Assembly (NCBI GenBank): GCA_028286565.1
Contig: JAQBRH010000002.1
Span: forward strand, 17,876-81,875
Source: Parcubacteria group bacterium
GTDB taxonomy: Bacteria > Patescibacteriota > Minisyncoccia > Phycocordibacterales > Zambryskibacteraceae
Reading direction: 5' to 3'
Length of the DNA: 64,000 nt
How positions within the stretch are numbered: the stretch's first letter is position 1; each line of letters begins with the position of its first letter. Shown here one piece after another: positions 27,219 through 36,863 of the stretch. The position numbers and the translations under genes are program-made. A model generated the notes under the pieces. The model made no database searches. It was not told where the DNA came from and saw only the letters and a program-made list of their open reading frames with translations.

Positions 27219-28457
27219 ATGGAATCCGCATGGGAAATAGAGGGTTTCGAGCGCTATTCAAAGCTTAAAGAAGACACAGAGGCAGATGTGGCTATTATAG
27301 GCGGAGGCATGGCGGGCATGTGGGCCGCATATCTCTTGTCCAAAGAAGGAAAGAAAGTCGTCCTGATCGAAAAGGACAGGGTGGGAAGAGGGGAGACACT
27401 CTACACGACAGCTTTCATCACCGAAGAGATAGACACGGACCTCGTCGACCTTCTCGATATATTCGGCAAAAAGGACGCTCGGCTCTCGTGGCAGGCGGGG
27501 CGTGAGGCGATCGACCTCATCGAGTCGGTCATTAAAGAAGAGAATATAGATTGTGAATTCGAAAGAGGATCTCTTTTTGTCTATGCGGCGACGCCCGAAG
27601 AATTCAAGTCCCTTGAAGCGGAGGACAAGCTCGCCCGCAGCCTGGGATTCCAAACAAAATTACAAAAGGACCTCGATCTCGGATTTGAGCACGACGGGGC
27701 GTGGGAGATCGAAGACCAGGCTAAATTTCATCCTATGAAATTTTTTAAGGGCCTGCTTGAGGCTTCGATCAGAAACGGAGCCACTATCCATGAGAGAACC
27801 GAAGCGGATCGCATCCTTGGGAAAGATCCGATGAAAGTGGTAACCAAGGACGGCGCGAAGATCACCGCAAGGGATATCATCATCGCGACGTATAAGCCCT
27901 TCAACAATCCCGCGCCGACCCATTTTAAAAAAGGTATGTATGTGAGCTATGTCTATGAGCTTCGCATCAAGCCCGGGAGCGTCAGGCGGGGGATGTTCGA
28001 GGACCTCGAGAATCCGTACCACTATGTGCGCGTGGACCAACTGAACCACAAGTATGACAGGATGATCGTCGGAGGCGAGGATCACCGCGAAGAGCTGAAG
28101 CTTCCGCCGAAGAAAAACTTCACCGCTCTCGATGAGTACATCAAAGAAACATTCCCCACGCTCGAATATGTCATCGCTTCAAAATGGTCCGGGAAGATCC
28201 TCGAGCCGTCGGACGGACTCCCATTGATCGGCCCGGTCGAACCTCACATCTATGTAGCTTCGGCCTTTTCCGGGAACGGCATGACCTATTCGGCCATTTC
28301 CGGACGCATCCTCACCGACCTTATCCAAGGAAAGCCGAACGTCTACACGAGCCTGTATGATCCACAGAGATCCCTGTCTCCCAAGGCGCTTCTTAAGAAA
28401 GCCAAAGACTATGGGGGAGAGTTCCTGGGCGGCGCGGCTAAGAACATTTTTAAATAG
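27219..28457 (+). CDS. FAD-dependent oxidoreductase (DAO family, YhfW-like without Rieske domain)
   Basis: DVAIIGGGMAG, WSG...E..DGLPLIG, FSGNGMT. Confidence 0.88.
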   Translation: MESAWEIEGFERYSKLKEDTEADVAIIGGGMAGMWAAYLLSKEGKKVVLIEKDRVGRGETLYTTAFITEEIDTDLVDLLDIFGKKDARLSWQAGREAIDLIESVIKEENIDCEFERGSLFVYAATPEEFKSLEAEDKLARSLGFQTKLQKDLDLGFEHDGAWEIEDQAKFHPMKFFKGLLEASIRNGATIHERTEADRILGKDPMKVVTKDGAKITARDIIIATYKPFNNPAPTHFKKGMYVSYVYELRIKPGSVRRGMFEDLENPYHYVRVDQLNHKYDRMIVGGEDHREELKLPPKKNFTALDEYIKETFPTLEYVIASKWSGKILEPSDGLPLIGPVEPHIYVASAFSGNGMTYSAISGRILTDLIQGKPNVYTSLYDPQRSLSPKALLKKAKDYGGEFLGGAAKNIFK

Positions 28458-28476
28458 TTAGTGCTACTATGTTCAT

Positions 28477-29022
28477 ATGATGAAAAGAACATGGTCCGCT
28501 TGGTTTCCCTTCGTGCTGCTTTCGAGTTTTTTCTCGATCACATTCTTTGCGGGGGTTCAGCAGGTAACCCGCTCGGGAGCGAATGACCCGCAGGTGGAGA
28601 TGAGCGAAGACGCCGTCTCGCACCTTGCGAACCCGGCCGCCAGTCCGCAATCCTTGGTCGATCCGGAAATAAATATCGAGAAAAGCCTTGCGCCGTACCT
28701 GATCATTTTTGATGACAAGAACGAAGCGGTCGCTTCGGGTGCTTCGCTCGACGGGTCGACCCCGGTCCCGCCTCGAGGAGTGTTCGAGTATCTCCGGTCG
28801 CACCCCGAGGATCGATTCACCTGGGAGCCGAAGTCAGGAGTGAGAAATGCGGTCGTCATGCGCAGGGTCGAAGGCCCGCATGCGGGGTTCGTCCTGGCCG
28901 GCCGCTCCATGCGGGAGACCGAGGCGAGAGTCGCAAACCTCGGCAGGCTCGTCTTCGCCGCATGGATAGCTTTCCTTGTTATTTCCTTCGGATATTCGTT
29001 CTACATTACCCGCAAACACTAA
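28477..29022 (+). CDS. Two-TM membrane protein with extracytoplasmic sensor-like domain
   Basis: ANDPQ, FTWEP..GVR, LAGRS. Confidence 0.7.
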   Translation: MMKRTWSAWFPFVLLSSFFSITFFAGVQQVTRSGANDPQVEMSEDAVSHLANPAASPQSLVDPEINIEKSLAPYLIIFDDKNEAVASGASLDGSTPVPPRGVFEYLRSHPEDRFTWEPKSGVRNAVVMRRVEGPHAGFVLAGRSMRETEARVANLGRLVFAAWIAFLVISFGYSFYITRKH

Positions 29023-29027
29023 AAGCG

Positions 29028-29054
29028 AGAAAGACGAGCCCCGGCCCTGCGTCT
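29028..29054 (+). promoter_or_regulatory. ECF-type promoter
   Basis: AGAAAG-N16-CGTCT. Confidence 0.6.
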
Positions 29055-29092
29055 CTATATACAGAGGTGAAGACCTCTCTAACTTATATCCA

Positions 29093-29578
29093 ATGAAAAA
29101 CCTCATTCTTATTATTCTTGCTCTGGTAGTGATCGCCGGAGCCTGGCTTCTCATCAGGAAGCCTTCCGTGACCACTCCGGTAGACACCACCGTGGTGAAC
29201 GTCGGCGGCTCAAGTCAAACTCCGGGGAATACAACTCCGACCGTAACGGGTACTTCGATCATCGTTACCACTCCCGCTGCGGGCGCCACGACCACGTCTC
29301 CCATCAGCTTGTCCGGGAACGCTCAAGGCAGCTGGTTCTTTGAAGCGTCGGCTCCCGTTCTCATCATGGACGCAGCCGGCAAGACGCTCGGGCAAGGCAC
29401 TATCCATGCGACCGGAGATTGGATGACCACCGCCTATGTGCCCTTCACCGGTTCGGTGGCGTATACGCTCCCGGTCGGGACCACGACCGAAGGGTTCGTT
29501 ATCTTCATGAACGATAATCCGTCCGGTGATCCGGCAAGGTCCGTCTCGATCCGAGTCCCTGTCCACTTCAAGAGATAA
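29093..29578 (+). CDS. Gmad2 Ig-like domain protein
   Basis: G.A.G.WFFEA, DWMT..YVPF, DNPSG. Confidence 0.82.
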   Translation: MKNLILIILALVVIAGAWLLIRKPSVTTPVDTTVVNVGGSSQTPGNTTPTVTGTSIIVTTPAAGATTTSPISLSGNAQGSWFFEASAPVLIMDAAGKTLGQGTIHATGDWMTTAYVPFTGSVAYTLPVGTTTEGFVIFMNDNPSGDPARSVSIRVPVHFKR

Positions 29579-29579
29579 T

Positions 29580-29607
29580 AAAAAAACTCCCCGACGGGGA
29601 GTTTTTT
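29580..29607. terminator. Bidirectional terminator
   Basis: AAAAAACTCCCCG-a-CGGGGAGTTTTTT. Confidence 0.75.
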
Positions 29608-29611
29608 GCGT

Positions 29612-30340
29612 CTACTGAGTTTCAGGCTGATCTTCGGAGCCGGCTTGGTTTTCAAGGCCGAAGGGGAGGGAATTCCTGACAGGAACCTTCTTGATGAGTC
29701 TGATGATCTCATCTTCATCGTCGGTGATGGTGAAGAGGGTGAGGTCTTCGGCGGAGATGGTGCCTCGGGCGATGAGGTTTTCTTGCATGAACCTCTCAAG
29801 CGACTTCCAGTAGTCCGAACCGACGCAGATGATGGGTACGCCGACGACCTTTCTCGTCTGAACGAGGGTGATGATCTCAAAGAACTCGTCGAGCGTGCCG
29901 TAGCCGCCGGGGAAGAAGATAAAGGCTTCCGCCGAGAAGGAGAGGATCACCTTGCGGACGAAAAAGTAATACGAATTAATGGCTTTCGATATGTATTTGT
30001 TCACGATCTGCTCGTGGGGAAGCTGGATGGTCAAGCCGACCGATGTCCCCGAAGCTTCGCTCGCTCCGCGGTTCGCCGCTTCCATGATGCCGGGGCCTCC
30101 TCCGGTGATGACCGAATAGCCGAGGTCCTTGACGATCCGAGAGGCCAGGGACCGGGCTTTTATATAATACGGGTTCTCTTCTGTGAACTGAGTCGAACCG
30201 AAAAAAGTGACCGACTGGGGATATTCTTCGAGAAACTTGAATCCGTCCGTAAATTCTTTGCTAATTTCTGATACGCGCTCGGCGGCGACTTTCTGCATCT
30301 CTTCGCGCGTGAGGGTAAAGCTGTTTTCCTGTGATTGCAT
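29612..30340 (-). CDS. LOG family (TIGR00730) Rossmann-fold protein
   Basis: TGGGPGIMEAANRGA, PGGYGTLDE. Confidence 0.92.
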   Translation of the reverse strand: MQSQENSFTLTREEMQKVAAERVSEISKEFTDGFKFLEEYPQSVTFFGSTQFTEENPYYIKARSLASRIVKDLGYSVITGGGPGIMEAANRGASEASGTSVGLTIQLPHEQIVNKYISKAINSYYFFVRKVILSFSAEAFIFFPGGYGTLDEFFEIITLVQTRKVVGVPIICVGSDYWKSLERFMQENLIARGTISAEDLTLFTITDDEDEIIRLIKKVPVRNSLPFGLENQAGSEDQPETQ

Positions 30341-30404
30341 GGGGACATCATATCAAGTGGATATCCCATTGGCCACAGGCCGGAAAGATTTGTATACTAG
30401 AAAG

Positions 30405-30881
30405 ATGAAAAAATTGAACAAAAACCAATGGATAGCAGTGGCTTCAGGAATCGGACTTCTGGCCGCGCTCTTTTATGGAGGCACTATCTTGAATCTTTTT
30501 AATCAGAACCCTAATACATTACAAACTATGGCAACAGAGACGACCGGAGTAAAAATAGAAAACATCACGAACGGACAAGGCGACGTGGCGGCAGCCGGCG
30601 ACACTGTCACTGTGAACTACGTCGGGACCCTCACGGACGGCAAGGTCTTCGACAGCTCGATCGATCGCGGACAGCCTTTCACCTTCCAGCTCGGAGTCGG
30701 CCAAGTCATTCGCGGATGGGATGAAGGAGTGGCAGGTATGCGAGTCGGAGGCAAGCGACGATTGACCATCTCTCCCGATTTCGGATACGGCGCTCAGACC
30801 GTCGGACCGATCCCGGCGAATTCCACTCTTATGTTCGATGTTGATCTCTTGAAGGTCCAGCATCCGGTCCAGGCACAATAA
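30405..30881 (+). CDS. FKBP-type peptidyl-prolyl isomerase
   Basis: VNYVGTLTDGKVFDSS, VIRGWDEG, IPANSTL; start at 30405 (TATACT 6 nt upstream). Confidence 0.95.
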   Translation: MKKLNKNQWIAVASGIGLLAALFYGGTILNLFNQNPNTLQTMATETTGVKIENITNGQGDVAAAGDTVTVNYVGTLTDGKVFDSSIDRGQPFTFQLGVGQVIRGWDEGVAGMRVGGKRRLTISPDFGYGAQTVGPIPANSTLMFDVDLLKVQHPVQAQ

Positions 30882-30886
30882 TCCGT

Positions 30887-31501
30887 ATGGAGATCCATCT
30901 CCACCACGCGTATCTCTTGGAAGGCGCGCCTCTTGAAGGGGAGCGTTTTCTTTCTTCCATGCTCGAGGGTATCGGCTTTTCTCGAAAGGGGAATCCTGAC
31001 TATGCGGAGTTCAATGAAGAAGCCTTTAGCGTCGATGATGCCCGCAGGCTTAGGGATATGGCCGGAGGCAAGCCATTTGGCGATAAAAAAGTGTTTGCGG
31101 TGAAGACGCGTAGATTTTCGGATGGAGCGCAGAACGCGCTTTTAAAGACGCTTGAGGAGCCGATCCTGAACACGCATTTCTTCCTTCTTTTTGAAGACCG
31201 GGAATTGCTCCTGCCCACGCTTTTGTCCCGCCTGTCCGTTGTTCGTGTAGGCAGAGGAGAAGAGAACAACAAAGAGGCGGAAGAGTTTCTCACCATGAAC
31301 CCGTCGCAAAGGCTGTTATTCGTGAAGAAATTCATTGATAAGGAAAAGTCCCTTGCTCCCTTCCTCGATTCGCTTCTCTTGATACTTCGCGCCAAAGGGT
31401 CCGATGATATTAAAAAAGTGTTTCCTCTCCGCCTCTACGCCGACGATCCTTCCGCTTCGGGCCGGCTTATCCTCGAACATCTCTCTCTGGCCCTTCGGTA
31501 A
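30887..31501 (+). CDS. holB: DNA polymerase III delta' (reduced)
   Basis: HHAYL, AQNALLKTLEEP, LLPTLLSR. Confidence 0.85.
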   Translation: MEIHLHHAYLLEGAPLEGERFLSSMLEGIGFSRKGNPDYAEFNEEAFSVDDARRLRDMAGGKPFGDKKVFAVKTRRFSDGAQNALLKTLEEPILNTHFFLLFEDRELLLPTLLSRLSVVRVGRGEENNKEAEEFLTMNPSQRLLFVKKFIDKEKSLAPFLDSLLLILRAKGSDDIKKVFPLRLYADDPSASGRLILEHLSLALR

Positions 31502-31520
31502 AATAATGTTAAAATAGGCT

Positions 31521-32063
31521 ATGGCATACAACTTCCAACCATTTAAGGCCGCCACTGAGGCGACGTTCGAGTGGCTCAAATCCGAATTCACCGGGCTTCG
31601 TACTGGCCGAGCGACCCCGAGCATTCTCGATGTCATCACCGTCACGGCCTACGGCGGCACTCGCATGCAGATCAGAGAGCTCGCGACCGTATCCGTCGAA
31701 GACCCCCGCACGCTCCGATTGTCTCCGTGGGACAAGTCCGTCATCAAAGACGTGGACTCGGCCATTCGTGAATCGAATCTCGGCCTCTCTGTGGCCGTCG
31801 ATGGGGATGGGATCCGCGTTTCTTTCCCGGAACTGACCGCCGACAGGCGCTTGAGCCTCATAAAGGTGGCCAAAGAAAAGCTCGAAGAAGCCCGCATCAG
31901 GATCAGGAACGAACGCCAGCGAGCGCTCGGGGAGATCGATCGCGGAGAGACGGGAGACGATGATAAGGCCCGCTCGAAGACCGAGCTCCAAAAGCTCGTC
32001 GATGATGCGAACGCCAAGCTTGAAGACCTCACTGCCAAGAAAGAAAAAGAAATCTCCGAATAA
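31521..32063 (+). CDS. frr: Ribosome recycling factor
   Basis: LRTGRATP, PELT.DRR, KEKEI. Confidence 0.95.
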   Translation: MAYNFQPFKAATEATFEWLKSEFTGLRTGRATPSILDVITVTAYGGTRMQIRELATVSVEDPRTLRLSPWDKSVIKDVDSAIRESNLGLSVAVDGDGIRVSFPELTADRRLSLIKVAKEKLEEARIRIRNERQRALGEIDRGETGDDDKARSKTELQKLVDDANAKLEDLTAKKEKEISE

Positions 32064-33139
32064 TGTCCCTCCTCTACTTTTTTATAATTCTCTCGGTCCT
32101 CGTCATCGTCCACGAGCTTGGGCACTTTCTCGTAGCCAAATATTTTAAGATCCGCGTGGATGAATTCGGCCTCGGATATCCGCCTCGGGCGACGTCCTTG
32201 TTCTCATGGAAAGGAACTCTCTTTACATTGAACTGGCTGCCGTTCGGAGGGTTCGTGAAGATCTTTGGAGAAAACCCAAATGAACAAGGCGAAGAGACCT
32301 CGGCGAACAGCTTTCAGTCTAAAAACCGCGGGATCCAGGCAGCGGTCCTTGTCGCCGGCGTAGTGGGGAACTTCCTCTTCGCGTGGCTCCTCATCTCGGT
32401 CGGGTTCATGTCCGGGCTGCCTTCGCCGATGGGAGTCGGTCTTCCCGTCTTGGATGCTCATACGGTCATCACCACTGTCCTCAAGGATTCCCCGGCTGAC
32501 CTCGCCGGGCTCAAATCCGGAGACGCGCTTCAAAAGTTATTGAGAGATACGCAAGAAGCGGATATTTCTCCTCTGCCAGCTTCAGAATTTATCGGCTCTT
32601 CGCCCGAACCTCTGACCTTCGTCGTCACTCGAGGATCGGAAACGCTTACAAAGGTCATCACCCCAAAGGACGGCATCGTCGCGGGCAAGGTCGGCGTCGG
32701 AGTGGCTCTCGACACCGTGGGCACGGTCAAACTTCCTTTCTTTAAGGCCCTGTACGAAGGGTTCAAAGTGACCGCCCGGCTGACATACCTCACAGCCACC
32801 GCCCTTTTGAAATTCATCGGACAAGCTATAACCGGCCGCGCGGACCTTTCTCAAGTGACGGGTCCTGTCGGGCTTGTGGGCATGGTCGGGGATGTACGAG
32901 TGCTTGGGTTTGTCTACCTCCTCTCCTTTACGGCGCTTATCTCCATTAACCTTTCCGTAGTGAATCTCCTGCCCATTCCGGCGCTCGACGGCGGCCGCCT
33001 TCTCTTCGTCGCAATAGAAACCGTCTTGAGACGTCCTATATCACCAAAGGTCTTCAACAGAGCGAATATGATCGGCTTCACGCTCCTTATCATCCTCATG
33101 CTCCTTGTTACCTTTAGGGATATCATGCATTTGATATAA
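32063..33139 (+). CDS. rseP: RseP/M50 intramembrane metalloprotease with PDZ
   Basis: HELGH, GGFV, NLLPIPALDGG. Confidence 0.93.
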   Translation: MSLLYFFIILSVLVIVHELGHFLVAKYFKIRVDEFGLGYPPRATSLFSWKGTLFTLNWLPFGGFVKIFGENPNEQGEETSANSFQSKNRGIQAAVLVAGVVGNFLFAWLLISVGFMSGLPSPMGVGLPVLDAHTVITTVLKDSPADLAGLKSGDALQKLLRDTQEADISPLPASEFIGSSPEPLTFVVTRGSETLTKVITPKDGIVAGKVGVGVALDTVGTVKLPFFKALYEGFKVTARLTYLTATALLKFIGQAITGRADLSQVTGPVGLVGMVGDVRVLGFVYLLSFTALISINLSVVNLLPIPALDGGRLLFVAIETVLRRPISPKVFNRANMIGFTLLIILMLLVTFRDIMHLI

Positions 33140-33146
33140 TATTTTT

Positions 33147-33494
33147 ATGAAATTTTTCTCAAAAGCCGAAGGTCCTACGGAAGAAAATATTGATCGACCA
33201 AGAAGTGCGATCGAGCAGAAGATGTATTTGCATACTGAAGGCAAGCTAATGCGCGACTATATAGTGCGTCGAGGGATCTCTCCTGCAGATGAAGAAGGTA
33301 CCAGCAAGGCCGTCCAAGAATGGATAGATACGTACGCATCTGATTATGAAAAAGTGTTCGCAGAAATGTTGAAGCAAGAGCCCGATCTCGTTCAACGCTG
33401 GAGCTCAGAAATAGACACCACATTTCACTCTATGGTCGATAATCTTGAGCATAGGCTCTATCATGCCGACTCAGGGTCAGAAAGAGCCGCCTAG
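33147..33494 (+). CDS. Hypothetical protein
   Basis: 115-aa ORF filling the rseP-proS gap. Confidence 0.65.
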   Translation: MKFFSKAEGPTEENIDRPRSAIEQKMYLHTEGKLMRDYIVRRGISPADEEGTSKAVQEWIDTYASDYEKVFAEMLKQEPDLVQRWSSEIDTTFHSMVDNLEHRLYHADSGSERAA

Positions 33495-33531
33495 CTTTGT
33501 TTTTGGGTCTTCTTTCAAGTAAAATAGGCGA

Positions 33532-34782
33532 ATGAGACAATCCGCCCTATTTACAAAGACCCGCAAGGAAGCCCCTGCTGATGAGACAGCGAAGAACGCC
33601 ATGCTCCTTATCAGGGCCGGTTTTATACATAAAGAAATGGCCGGGGTCTACTCCATCCTCCCGCTCGGGCTCCGCGTCGTAAAAAAGATCAAAGACATCA
33701 TCTCCGGAGAGATGGAGAAGCTCGGCTCAAGCGAACTTATCATGTCGACGCTTCAGGCCAAGGAGCTATGGGAAAAGACAGACCGCTGGTCGGATGAGAA
33801 GGTGGACATCTGGTTCAAGTCCGCACTGAAGAGCGGGACCGAGGTCGGATTCGGCTGGTCTCATGAAGAGCCGATCACCAACCTCATGAAGTATCACGTC
33901 GGGAGCTATGCAGATCTCCCCGTCTTTGTGCATCAATTTCAAAACAAGCTGAGGAACGAGACGCGGGCTAAGTCGGGCATCATGCGCTGTAGGGAGTTCG
34001 TTATGAAGGACATGTATTCGTATGCGACGACCGAAGAAGAGCACATGGATTTTTATAACAAGACGAGCACGGCGTACATGAACGTCTTCAAGGCTCTCGG
34101 CCTCGGAGACATAACCTATGTTACTTCCGCATCCGGCGGCGTTTTCACCGACAAGTTCAGCCATGAATTCCAAACTCTCTGCGATGCGGGCGAAGACAAT
34201 ATCTATCTCTCGAAGGACGGAACAACCGCGCTTAACGAAGAGGTGTTCAATGATGAGACTCTGGAAAAAATGGGCAAGTCTAAAGAAGATTTCGAGCTTA
34301 AAAAAGCCGCAGAAGTGGGAAATATCTTTACCTTCGGGACAAAAAAATGTGAAGAACTGGATGTGTATTTTACGGACAAGGACGGTCAAAAGAAACCGGT
34401 GTTCCTGGGTTCATACGGCATAGGAGTGACGCGCCTCATGGGGGTCGTGGCGGAAATATTCGGAGATGAGAACGGCCTTGTCTGGCCCGCATCCATCGCT
34501 CCGTTCCGGGCGCATCTCCTGGTCCTGTCGGAAGACCCTTTGGTAAAGGAGCTCGCGGACGAAGTCTATACAACCCTCTCGGCCGAAGGCGTCGATGTCC
34601 TCTACGACGATCGAAATCTCCGCGCCGGTGAAAAATTCGCCGACTCCGACCTCATCGGCATTCCGACCCGCATTATCGTCGGGAACAAGACGATCGAATC
34701 AAAAATGTTTGAAGTGAAGGACCGCGCCACCGGAGAGACGAGCCAGATGTCTCTCGAGCATCTCTTAACCGAATTACAGTAA
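33532..34782 (+). CDS. proS: Proline--tRNA ligase (no editing insert)
   Basis: LLIRAGF, HEE, RNE.R...G.MR.REF.MKD, GSYGIG..R, anticodon-binding domain. Confidence 0.95.
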   Translation: MRQSALFTKTRKEAPADETAKNAMLLIRAGFIHKEMAGVYSILPLGLRVVKKIKDIISGEMEKLGSSELIMSTLQAKELWEKTDRWSDEKVDIWFKSALKSGTEVGFGWSHEEPITNLMKYHVGSYADLPVFVHQFQNKLRNETRAKSGIMRCREFVMKDMYSYATTEEEHMDFYNKTSTAYMNVFKALGLGDITYVTSASGGVFTDKFSHEFQTLCDAGEDNIYLSKDGTTALNEEVFNDETLEKMGKSKEDFELKKAAEVGNIFTFGTKKCEELDVYFTDKDGQKKPVFLGSYGIGVTRLMGVVAEIFGDENGLVWPASIAPFRAHLLVLSEDPLVKELADEVYTTLSAEGVDVLYDDRNLRAGEKFADSDLIGIPTRIIVGNKTIESKMFEVKDRATGETSQMSLEHLLTELQ

Positions 34783-35849
34783 TGGCCGATTTTTTTGGAA
34801 AAGAACGAATGCGACGAATGCTCTCGCATGATATAGGCATCGACCTTGGGACGGCGAACACCCTCGTCTACGTTCGCGGCAAAGGCATCCTCATCAACGA
34901 ACCCTCGGTCGTTGCCGTGAACCAGAAGACCGGACAAGTAGTGGCCGTAGGGGCCGCGGCCAAGGAGATGCTTGGCCGAACTCCGGCCCACATCGAAGCG
35001 GTCAAGCCTCTGGTCGACGGCGTGATCTCCGATTTCGAAGTGACCGAAGAGATGATCTCCTACCTTTTGAACCGCGCTCAGGAGAACAACAAAAAAGCCT
35101 TTGGCCCTCGCGTCGTGGTGGGCGTCCCGTCAGGGATAACGAACGTCGAGATCCGCGCGGTCCGAGACGCAACGAGGAATGCCGGAGCGGGGGAAGTCTT
35201 CATTATCGAAGAACCGATGGCGGCGGCGATCGGCATGCGCCTGCCGATCCACGAGCCGGTCGGCAGCATGGTGGTGGACATCGGCGGAGGAACTTCGGAC
35301 ATCGCCGTTCTCTCCATGGGCGGAATGGTCAGGACAAAGAATCTCCGAATCGCCGGCGACCGCTTCAACGACGATATCATTTCTTATATTCGAAACCAGT
35401 TTAAAATACTTATCGGGGAGAAGACGGCGGAGAGGGTCAAGCACGCGATCGGTTCGGTTATACCGGGAGACGAGCCTCTCGAAGCCTCGATCAAGGGCCG
35501 AGACCTCATCACCGGCCTCCCACGCGAAGTGATCGTCACGGACACGGACATTCGAGAGGCGCTCTCCGGGTCGATCGAGGCCTTGGTCAATTCTATCCGC
35601 GAGGTGCTCGAATCCACTCCTCCGGAGATCCTGGCGGACATCATGCAACGGGGAATATACCTCGCGGGCGGCGGAGCGCTTATCTCCGGGCTCGGAGAGC
35701 TCATCGCGAGCGAGGTGAATATCCCCGTGCACGTCACCGCGGACCCTTTGACCGCCGTCGCGCGCGGCACCGGAGTGATCCTCGAAAATCTGGATCTCTA
35801 TAGAGATATTTTAATAGAAAATGAAGACGCCTTACCTCCAAAGAAATAG
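34782..35849 (+). CDS. mreB: Rod shape protein MreB
   Basis: IDLGTANT, EPSVVA, DIGGGT, GGGAL. Confidence 0.97.
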   Translation: MADFFGKERMRRMLSHDIGIDLGTANTLVYVRGKGILINEPSVVAVNQKTGQVVAVGAAAKEMLGRTPAHIEAVKPLVDGVISDFEVTEEMISYLLNRAQENNKKAFGPRVVVGVPSGITNVEIRAVRDATRNAGAGEVFIIEEPMAAAIGMRLPIHEPVGSMVVDIGGGTSDIAVLSMGGMVRTKNLRIAGDRFNDDIISYIRNQFKILIGEKTAERVKHAIGSVIPGDEPLEASIKGRDLITGLPREVIVTDTDIREALSGSIEALVNSIREVLESTPPEILADIMQRGIYLAGGGALISGLGELIASEVNIPVHVTADPLTAVARGTGVILENLDLYRDILIENEDALPPKK

Positions 35850-36603
35850 ACCCGATCGAGCATTCGGCAAAAAGGCTTTATTCCTGCTTGGAGTTTTTAT
35901 TTTCGGCGCTCTTGTTTTTTCACTTTTTGACGGACTGTTTGTCCGGCTGGCTGCTCCCATATGGAAGAGCGAGAATGTCGTGGCCCGAAGCGCCTGGAGG
36001 GTCAGCGGATTTTTCAAGGATACGAATGCTCTTCTTCAAGAAAATGCCGATCTTCGCGCGCGCGTCGCCTCTGATGAACTTTTGATCTCCTCCCTCCGCT
36101 CGATCGAGAATTCTCGCGAAGTACTCCTCAATTCGTTCGGCCGAAGCGGCACCTCCACCTTCATCGGGGCCACCGTGCTCGTCCATCCTCCGGAAACTCC
36201 CTACGACTTTCTGGTACTCGATGCGGGCTCAAACTACGGGGTGAAAGTGGGGGACTCGGTGGCCCTTCCCGAAGGATCAAAGATCGGGGTCGTGATTGAA
36301 GTCTTCTCCAAGGATTCTCGGGCCAAGCTCTTTTCAACAAGCGGAGAGCAAACGAACGCGATCCTTGAACGGGGCGGGGCACCCGTCACTCTCATCGGCC
36401 GAGGCGGAGGGGCGTTCGAGATCGAACTTCCGCGAGAGGTGCCTGTTGTCGCCGGTGACCGAGTGCTTGATTCGACCATCACCGCCGGGATGATCGGCGT
36501 AGTGCGGGATATAGAGTCTGTCCCCACGGATTCGTTCAAGAAAGTGCTGGTCGAGAGCGCCGCTCCGATCCATTCGCTTCATTTTGTCCGCATCGTTCAA
36601 TGA
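35821..36603 (+). CDS. mreC: Rod shape protein MreC
   Basis: TM, coiled coil ENA.LR, D.G...GV..GD; synteny. Confidence 0.88.
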   Translation: MKTPYLQRNRPDRAFGKKALFLLGVFIFGALVFSLFDGLFVRLAAPIWKSENVVARSAWRVSGFFKDTNALLQENADLRARVASDELLISSLRSIENSREVLLNSFGRSGTSTFIGATVLVHPPETPYDFLVLDAGSNYGVKVGDSVALPEGSKIGVVIEVFSKDSRAKLFSTSGEQTNAILERGGAPVTLIGRGGGAFEIELPREVPVVAGDRVLDSTITAGMIGVVRDIESVPTDSFKKVLVESAAPIHSLHFVRIVQ

Positions 36604-36863
36604 AAAAACGAGACATCGCCACCCTCATACTCCTCATCCTCATCCTGGCTTTCCCATATTGGGTGTATCTTCCGGCGCTCCTCCTTGCTATCCTATTCCT
36701 CCCCATGTATTGGGAGGGGATTTTCCTCGGCTTTCTCATTGATGTATTCTATGGAGCGCGAGCGCATCCGGGGCTTTCGCTTTCGTACCCGTATGCCCTC
36801 GGGGTTCTCCTCTTGATCCTCGTCCTTATTCCACTCCGCGAGCACCTTCGATTCGATGCATAA
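36600..36863 (+). CDS. mreD: Short MreD-like membrane protein
   Basis: Hydrophobic, G.LID motif, between mreC and pbp2. Confidence 0.55.
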   Translation: MKKRDIATLILLILILAFPYWVYLPALLLAILFLPMYWEGIFLGFLIDVFYGARAHPGLSLSYPYALGVLLLILVLIPLREHLRFDA

